From NCBI GenBank assembly GCA_963722385.1, contig CAVRKK010000002.1, positions 1,088,001 to 1,152,000 on the forward strand: a DNA stretch of 64,000 nt, given 5' to 3'. The position numbers and the translations under genes were made by a program. This DNA comes from an uncultured bacterium (GTDB lineage Bacteria > Babelota > Babeliae > Babelales > Babelaceae). The notes beneath the pieces were generated by a model, which saw only the letters and a program-made list of their open reading frames with translations, did not search any database and was not told the DNA's origin. The first letter of the stretch is position 1. Each line of letters opens with the position of its first letter. Positions 57,846 to 64,000 of this stretch are shown here, one piece after another.

Positions 57846-58049
57846 AGCGCTCCTCCAGTAGATGCCAAAATTATGATGCTGCTTGAGTATAGCATAAATT
57901 TATGCTCCGTCCAGATATCTTAACAAACAAGAAGCCCTTGACCATAGGGCCACCTCACTTAAATTTGTTTGAAAATCAGGTCCAAAGTGCTAGATTGCCA
58001 ACCGGCAATTTTTCGAAACTCATACGCTCAGAAACCAATGGGGCCGTTA

Positions 58050-58175
58050 TTTTGAGCAGATTGAGAGCCAAGCGTTTGATGGCGGTTACGTTTTGAGTTG
58101 CATTGCCTTTGCGGATTCTTGACTGATCATCACTAAAGCAAACATCAAGAGTCCAATGCATAGAATTCTCATTTT
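58050..58175 (-). mobile_element. ISAs1-family transposase C-terminal remnant
   Basis: ENSMHWTLDVCFSDDQSRIRKGNA..N...KRLALNLL. Confidence 0.75.
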
Positions 58176-60251
58176 TAAATGAGGTTGCCCTGCTCTGCAC
58201 GTTCTTTTTTAAGGTTATAACCTATTTCTTGGAGCCAATCTTTATCAATATCCTGCCAAGCCAAAATAATTGGTTGACCCCTTTTGGATCTTAAATAATT
58301 ATAATTAAAAAGCGAATTCATTTGATCAGATTCATTGTTTGGAGATTTTTTAAGCTTGTTTAGGTAATATTTAGCGAAGTACAAAAGACGTTCTTGCTGA
58401 GTTAATGGGTCGGGATTTTCTTCGTCCCATTTTTTCTTGAGTTCTTTTTTCCATGTGTCGTATGCAGCATATGTTCGGAGTTTCTGCATAACATCAGAAT
58501 ATTTCTTAAGCGATTTTTCTTGCTTGTGTTCTCTATACAATTTTTCTATCGCGGCGCTTTCTGAACTGTTCCAAGCAGGAGTGAAGAGCGTGGCGTAGCT
58601 GGTTGCTTGCTCCCCTGATAAACAAACACCACGCTTTTCCCATTCTTCGAGCTCATGATTTACATTGTAGCCATGAGATGCAAGGAACCCTATCATGTAT
58701 ACCGCTCGTTCTACTTGAGAAGGGTGCAGATCAGCGGTACCTTGAGTAACAAGATAAGATTCACTTCCTTTATCAAGAGCGTAATGTTCTATGGTTGTTA
58801 AAATTGAACTTATGTTTTTTAATTTCAAAAGTGTTCTAAGGCCGAAAAGGTCTGCTCGTTGCTCCTTTGCCCGTCCCCACATTACGAGATTTTTTGATTG
58901 AGGATCTTCAGGGGGGACCCAAAGGATACTATATTGCTTGAGTACTTCTTGGGCTTCTGTACGTGATAAAGCTTCGGCCAGCTCTTTGCCAGCCTTAGTG
59001 TTATATAAAGAAGGTATGGTCGATAAGCCTAATGCAAAATAATTTTTTGTATTATCGAGGTCAGCTTTAAAATTTGGCTCATTAATAAGCTCTATCGGAT
59101 CTTGTTCCTTCGAGATGATTGATTTTGCCATTTCTGTATCATGATGAACAATATGCCCTAATTCATGATACAAAGTAAAAAGGCGGGTATCCAAATCGGG
59201 AGTTTGACACAGAGCAATATAGCCTCTTGAGCCAACCTGGGCAGCTTGTCCTCCCTTTTCGTGGCCATATCCTGCGGCTATTACGTGCTCCTTAAGCTTA
59301 AGCAGGCGAGCGCCTTCAAGCACGAGTTCTTTTTGCGCTTCGGTCGGTGGCTGCCAATCGTGCTTTTCGATAACCGAAAAAAATTCCATTTCTGGTAGAA
59401 TCTGACTCAGCCATAGAGTATCTATTTCATCGAGCGATTGGGCTAAGGGTAAGCTCAAAAGCTCTCTTAAAAAATTATACGGAAACAGCGCTCGATTAGG
59501 ATTAGACGCAAGATCGGGCTCGCTGATAGCACGGGTTGCTTCATCACCAAGGTCAGCTAATTTCTCGGGTAACAAAATGTCGGTGTCCCATTCTACTTGC
59601 TTTGTTTCTCTCCACATATCATAATCTTTTAGCTGTTGATTCTAGCCAGCTCTTGTCAATATTTTGCACAGCTGAGGCAAGCGGTAAATGAAGCATCTCT
59701 CTTAAATAATTATAGTTAAACAATGCGTCAATTTTGTCAGATTCGTCTTCAGTTTTCTTCGAACTCCTCTAAATAATAATGAGCGAAATGCAAAAGGGTT
59801 GCCTGTTGAGCGAGTGGTTTCTTGTCTCTTGCTTGCCAATCTTCATTCAATTCATCTTTCCAGATACGATAGTCTTCTTTCTGAAGCCAGTCTTCATCAA
59901 TATGTTGCCAAGACGAAGCGAGCGGTAAATGGAGCATCTCTCTTAAATAATTATAATTAAAAAGCGCTTCTTTTTGATCATAGGAGCTGTCTGGGTTTTC
60001 ACTGAGCTCACCTAAGTAGTAATAAACCGCTGAAAGAAGGTCAGCTTGGTGGATTAGGGGATCTAACTCAAGCTTTTTCGATTCAATTTCTTGTTTTTGT
60101 TTCCAGGCTCTATATTCTTTGTTTTCATCTAGCTCCTGCTGAGTTGGAGAGCTGTTGCCGGCATATACTGGTTATTTTCTTGTCCTTTAGTTTGTAGAAC
60201 AAAAAGTAGTATGGAAGAGCATAAAACTGCTAATTTTCTTCTATTCTTCAT
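58175..60251 (-). pseudogene. Secreted M48-like zinc metallopeptidase with three repeats of about 80 aa, frameshifted in its 5' part
   Basis: HELGH...E.RAD...HP...ER in the 480-aa ORF. Repeat WK.EL...PL.QQ..LL...YYL...LFNYNYLR...WQ.ID.DWLQ occurs twice upstream and once at the C-terminus. Signal-peptide ATG at 60251. Confidence 0.7.
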
Positions 60252-60352
60252 GGCGAAACCACTAATATTGCAAATAAGCTTATTTTTATTAACAATATCA
60301 CATGCTTGTGTAATTGTGCAATAAATTTATAGGCTTTGCCAAAATATCTTGG

Positions 60353-60395
60353 TCCCACAAGTGAACTCGTGGGCTTTCTCGCTTAATCATCGTAA
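60353..60395 (-). mobile_element. Possible isolated IS200/IS605 left end
   Basis: On the minus strand, TTAC is followed about 17 nt later by the hairpin cccacgag-ttca-cttgtggg. Confidence 0.35.
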
Positions 60396-60792
60396 GGCAA
60401 AACAATTTATGATTGGTTTCAGAAAGCTTGTTAAATTGGACGTTTTTAGAGAAGCATGGAAGTTAAGCACTGACAGGTATGACAAAACTGCGGGCGGGTT
60501 TATCTTTAGGCCATCAAATAGCCACTAGTTGCCATAAAAAATCTCCACTAGGAGGAGATAAAATAGGGCAAGCCCCGTTGATAGGAAAAAACTTGGATCT
60601 AAAATGATGAGCTCCGCAGTATTTTTACTCGTTACGAAAGAAACTCTCATTGCCAAGCTTGCTTCAGTCAGACTTCCAGATCATTATTCTTAAAAAAATT
60701 AGTTTCCAGACAGGCTCTTATTCTAAAGAGAGAAAAACAACAGATTAAAAAAATCAATAGATTTTGTTGAGGGTAATATTGATCTAAGTCAA

Positions 60793-61104
60793 TTAATTTT
60801 TTCTATGGACTTGCGGATTATAAATTCCTTTTTCCACGATTTCAAGAAGCCGCAATGCAGATTGGCTCGGAGCTCGTTGACCTGATTCCCACGATTGCAC
60901 AGTCTTAATGCTAACGTTAAGAACCTTAGCAAAAAGCCCTTGCGAATATCGATTTTTTTCTCTTATTTTTTTTATTTCTTTAGCTTTATATTGAGCAGGT
61001 GGTTCTGGAATTTCTATAAATTCTGACCGAAGGTCCAACTTGCCTTGATCGTGTGCAATTGCTTCTTCGAATCCTAGTTTTAAAGCTTTAAATAACTTAC
61101 CCAT
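60793..61104 (-). CDS. higA: HigA-type HTH antitoxin
   Basis: IREK..YSQ..FA..LNVS.KTVQSWESG.R.P. Confidence 0.85.
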   Translation of the reverse strand: MGKLFKALKLGFEEAIAHDQGKLDLRSEFIEIPEPPAQYKAKEIKKIREKNRYSQGLFAKVLNVSIKTVQSWESGQRAPSQSALRLLEIVEKGIYNPQVHRKN

Positions 61105-61450
61105 ATGATGAACCCCTTTTAAAATAGTTTGCTAAGTCCCTAAGAACTTTCTTTTCTTCCTCTGTTATATTTTCTTGCTCATTTTTGCCAAATATGTAAA
61201 ATAGATATATTCGTTCTTTTGCCTGAAGGTAAAAATAACAAACTCTAAATCCTCCTCGCTTTCCTTTAGAAGCAGACTTTAATCGAACTTTCCGAACGCC
61301 GCTAGTGCCAGGAATTACATCACCAATTTCGGGGTTTTTGGCTAGTTCTTCCGTAAATTCATCATAATCTTCGTGCAAGAGCTGCCTCTTTTTTAGAAGA
61401 TCATCTCGAATTTTGCAAAAATAGGTGGTTGGCAAGATCTCTCTATTCAT
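61097..61450 (-). CDS. higB: HigB2/RelE-family toxin
   Basis: L..NPE.GDVIPGT.GVRKVR...KGKRGG.RV.Y...KNEQEN. The toxin gene lies upstream of the antitoxin. Confidence 0.88.
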   Translation of the reverse strand: MNREILPTTYFCKIRDDLLKKRQLLHEDYDEFTEELAKNPEIGDVIPGTSGVRKVRLKSASKGKRGGFRVCYFYLQAKERIYLFYIFGKNEQENITEEEKKVLRDLANYFKRGSSYG

Positions 61451-61526
61451 GCCATTACTATACTACAGAGTGGCATACATTGTCAATTGTCAATAACTCA
61501 ATGGAGATTAGTTAAGGTCTATTTTT

Positions 61527-61673
61527 ATGAGATCAGTTAAACAAGATATTGTCAATTCGAAGAGCTGCCTAAAATGCTTCGAGCAGATTAAAGCTGATAT
61601 TCAGAAAGCCCAATTGAAAGCTGCCACAGCAGAAATCGAAGAAAGCCTTGCCAAAACAAGCCGAGCAAAATAA
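61527..61673 (+). pseudogene. YhcG/DUF1016-like remnant with large internal deletion
   Basis: QIKADIQKAQLKAA (N-terminal signature) is fused directly to TAEIEESL (C-terminal-like). Confidence 0.5.
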
Positions 61674-61705
61674 TCGTCAAAAATAATTTTGTATAACACA
61701 TATAC

Positions 61706-62782
61706 TTAAATGAGCGAATGAATGAGCGTGCGATACTTATCGGCCGTCTGCTCAATGGTAAATGTGTTCATAACTGTTTCCCGCGCGTGTTTTTTTAGGT
61801 AATCGCGAAGGCTGCCTTCGCACAGCATCGTTACCATTGCGTGGGTAAGAGCTCCTCGGTCATCAGGGGGAATCACCAGGCCATTGTTTTTATGCGCAAC
61901 AACTTCGTGCTGATCGTGACTCGTAACGATGACCGGCAGCTCAAAAAAGAGCGCCTCTAAAAGGGCAAGAGAAATACCTTCATAGCGTGAAGGCTGAACG
62001 AAGCAATCAAATTGAGCGTAATAGGGCAGAGCCTTTTGTCCGGTAATAAACGTTACCTTGTCGGCAATCATAAGCGCTTGGGCACGTAGTCGAAGATACT
62101 GCTCTTGATGGCCATCACCAACAAGCATCAAGCGCACGTTGCTCTGTTGCTTGGCTAAGTCGGCAAAACTCTCAAGCAAGAGCGCATAGTTTTTTACCGG
62201 TACCAAGCGACCCACCGACCCAAAAATAAATTCCCCGTGCTTTTTGACACCCCTTTTGTCGTGTGCTATTAAAGCATGCGTATCGATACCATTATAGATC
62301 GTCGTTATGCGTGATGGACGTATGCGTCGGCGCTGTATCAGTGATTGCGCTACCTGATTACCAACGGCTACGTAGCGCGTTGGGCTGAATGGTACGCACC
62401 GCTCAATAAAAGTACGTAATGCTCCTTCATGCTCAACTAATGCGTGTACGGCGCTTATAACCGGAATTTTGGTGAAAAAGCATAAGGCGTAACCCAAGAT
62501 ATTAGCTGCCCATAACGAGGTGAAAATACAGCAAGGGTCGAGCTGCTTGATCTCTCTGAAAAGGCGATACAAGGCAAGGCCATCATAAGGGCAGAAAAGC
62601 CCGCCAATAGGATATGTTTTAATAGCTACTCTTTCTAGTTCTTGCCGCAGTGGGCCATCGTGGATGTAAAAGACGTGATGCTCAAATTCAACAAGGCTTT
62701 TGGTTAGGGCAACTAATAAGTTTTCAGCACCGCCGCGCTTTAGGCTTGATATAATATGAACAAGAGGCTTAGGCTTCATCAC
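61706..62782 (-). CDS. GT4 glycosyltransferase
   Basis: GGAE, IYNGID, VGRL.PVKN, EGISLALLEA. Confidence 0.92.
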   Translation of the reverse strand: MMKPKPLVHIISSLKRGGAENLLVALTKSLVEFEHHVFYIHDGPLRQELERVAIKTYPIGGLFCPYDGLALYRLFREIKQLDPCCIFTSLWAANILGYALCFFTKIPVISAVHALVEHEGALRTFIERCVPFSPTRYVAVGNQVAQSLIQRRRIRPSRITTIYNGIDTHALIAHDKRGVKKHGEFIFGSVGRLVPVKNYALLLESFADLAKQQSNVRLMLVGDGHQEQYLRLRAQALMIADKVTFITGQKALPYYAQFDCFVQPSRYEGISLALLEALFFELPVIVTSHDQHEVVAHKNNGLVIPPDDRGALTHAMVTMLCEGSLRDYLKKHARETVMNTFTIEQTADKYRTLIHSLI

Positions 62783-64000
62783 GTTGTTCGTCGCTCTTAA
62801 GAATTTTTTTATCGACTTTGCCGGTTGCAGTTATAGGAAGGGCGTCCCGTATGATGAACTCCCGCGGTATTTCATAGGTTGCCAGGTGATCTTCGCATAT
62901 TTTTCTCAGCTCTTCCTCAAGGTGCTCAAAAGGCTTTCGCGCCGCGATATAGGCTATGGGTACCTCTTCTGAATCACGCAAGCGGCCAATGACGGCTGCA
63001 GCAAGAACTTGCGGGTGTGCCATAAGTACGTTTTCAAGTTCCTGCGGGTAAACCTTAACCCCCTTTGTCTTGATGAGTTCTTTTTCACGACCAGAGAGCA
63101 CAAGCTTTCCTGTTCGCGTTACTAATGCTAAGTCTCCCGTATTTAACCAACCATCTACCAAGACCGAATTTGTCATATCAGGTGCGTTATAATAGCCAAG
63201 CATGATATTTTCTCCCTTGACCCAGAGAGTGCCGATGGTACCGGTGGGTAAGAGCATATTATTTTCATCCCGTATTTGGTATTCGATCCCGATAAGTGGC
63301 TCGCCTACGGTATCGGGAGGCCTGATCCTATCATCAAGCTCTATGGAAATGAAAGGAGCGGTTTCCGTAAGCCCGTAACCATTGCAGATCTTACGACGAT
63401 AAATAAGTTCAAAATGCATGCGTATCTTGTCGGGAAGCAAGTCGCCACCTGAAATGAAGTACCTGACATGGTTAAAGCGAACTGTTTTCATGAGGGCAAA
63501 AAGGCCATATAGTTGGGGGATCCCCAAAATAACCGTTGGTTCATAGGCAAGGGCTTGGATGAGAGACCGGCGCTCAATTTTGGGAACAACGATTGAGGTG
63601 ATGCCAAACATGGTGGAAAACCAGATACAGATATTTTGCGTATAGCTGTGAAAAAGTGGCAGGGCGGCCAACAACCTATCGCCCCGCTTGGCCATCATGC
63701 GCGCTGATCCTTGAATACAGTTAATAATTATGTTGTGAGAGCTGAGCATTACGCCCTTCGGCGTGCCTGTTGTTCCCGATGTATATAAGATAGTGCACAG
63801 AGCATCAGCGCTGCGCGAAACGAGCTTAACATCAGGAACATCAGCATGTTGTTGAATGGTATCAAGGTTTGATTCGGTAAAAAAGGCGGGAATAGTGTGC
63901 TCATATTCGGCGACCTTGTGCGCCAGCTCGCGAGAAACAATAAGCCCCTGCGGGCGCGCATTGGCAATAATGAGAGCGAGTTCTTTTGGGTGGAGCAAGG
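62769..64000 (-). CDS. Long-chain acyl-CoA ligase (AMP-binding), 5' end outside the window
   Basis: YTSGTTGTPKG, GYGLTE, TGDL, TGKVDK. Confidence 0.9.
   Translation of the reverse strand, partial: LLHPKELALIIANARPQGLIVSRELAHKVAEYEHTIPAFFTESNLDTIQQHADVPDVKLVSRSADALCTILYTSGTTGTPKGVMLSSHNIIINCIQGSARMMAKRGDRLLAALPLFHSYTQNICIWFSTMFGITSIVVPKIERRSLIQALAYEPTVILGIPQLYGLFALMKTVRFNHVRYFISGGDLLPDKIRMHFELIYRRKICNGYGLTETAPFISIELDDRIRPPDTVGEPLIGIEYQIRDENNMLLPTGTIGTLWVKGENIMLGYYNAPDMTNSVLVDGWLNTGDLALVTRTGKLVLSGREKELIKTKGVKVYPQELENVLMAHPQVLAAAVIGRLRDSEEVPIAYIAARKPFEHLEEELRKICEDHLATYEIPREFIIRDALPITATGKVDKKILKSDEQRDEA

Overview
AT-rich bacterial chromosome segment. Many Sec-signal proteins carrying eukaryote-like domains (ankyrin, F-box-like, Ulp1-like protease, PI-PLC-like, Cys-rich) and several AAA/PD-(D/E)XK ATPase paralogues suggest an intracellular protist parasite, most likely Candidatus Dependentiae/Babeliae (TM6). 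That assignment is inference. Housekeeping islands (uvrD, glmU-sbcD, tRNA-Ser, mreB-rsmA, LOG, radA, GT4, acyl-CoA ligase) alternate with decaying accessory regions. Main observations: (1) 0.6-6.1 kb holds a minimal polymorphic-toxin system (signal peptide, Hint domain lacking its N-cleavage residues, glycine-rich helix, swappable toxin tip) with two different tips, a three-gene immunity array and orphan tip fragments. (2) A 222-bp non-autonomous IS200/IS605 element carries its own promoter and a TnpB-type omegaRNA scaffold, and it interrupts hicA precisely. (3) A 981-aa secreted protein combines an ADP-ribosyltransferase-like domain with a Ulp1/CE-clan protease. (4) A recurrent 'signal peptide then Met-Glu' signature marks effector-like proteins, some with a bipartite NLS or a C-terminal F-box. 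(5) Two type-I membrane beta-propeller proteins have exactly 14 and 21 blades and share a GSVNFG tail. (6) A Ku / umuDC / ligase-only LigD repair cluster lies in a window with many abrupt gene-fragment junctions. Several genes have single-base frameshifts that could be real or sequencing errors. All family assignments are by eye from motifs; no database search was run.
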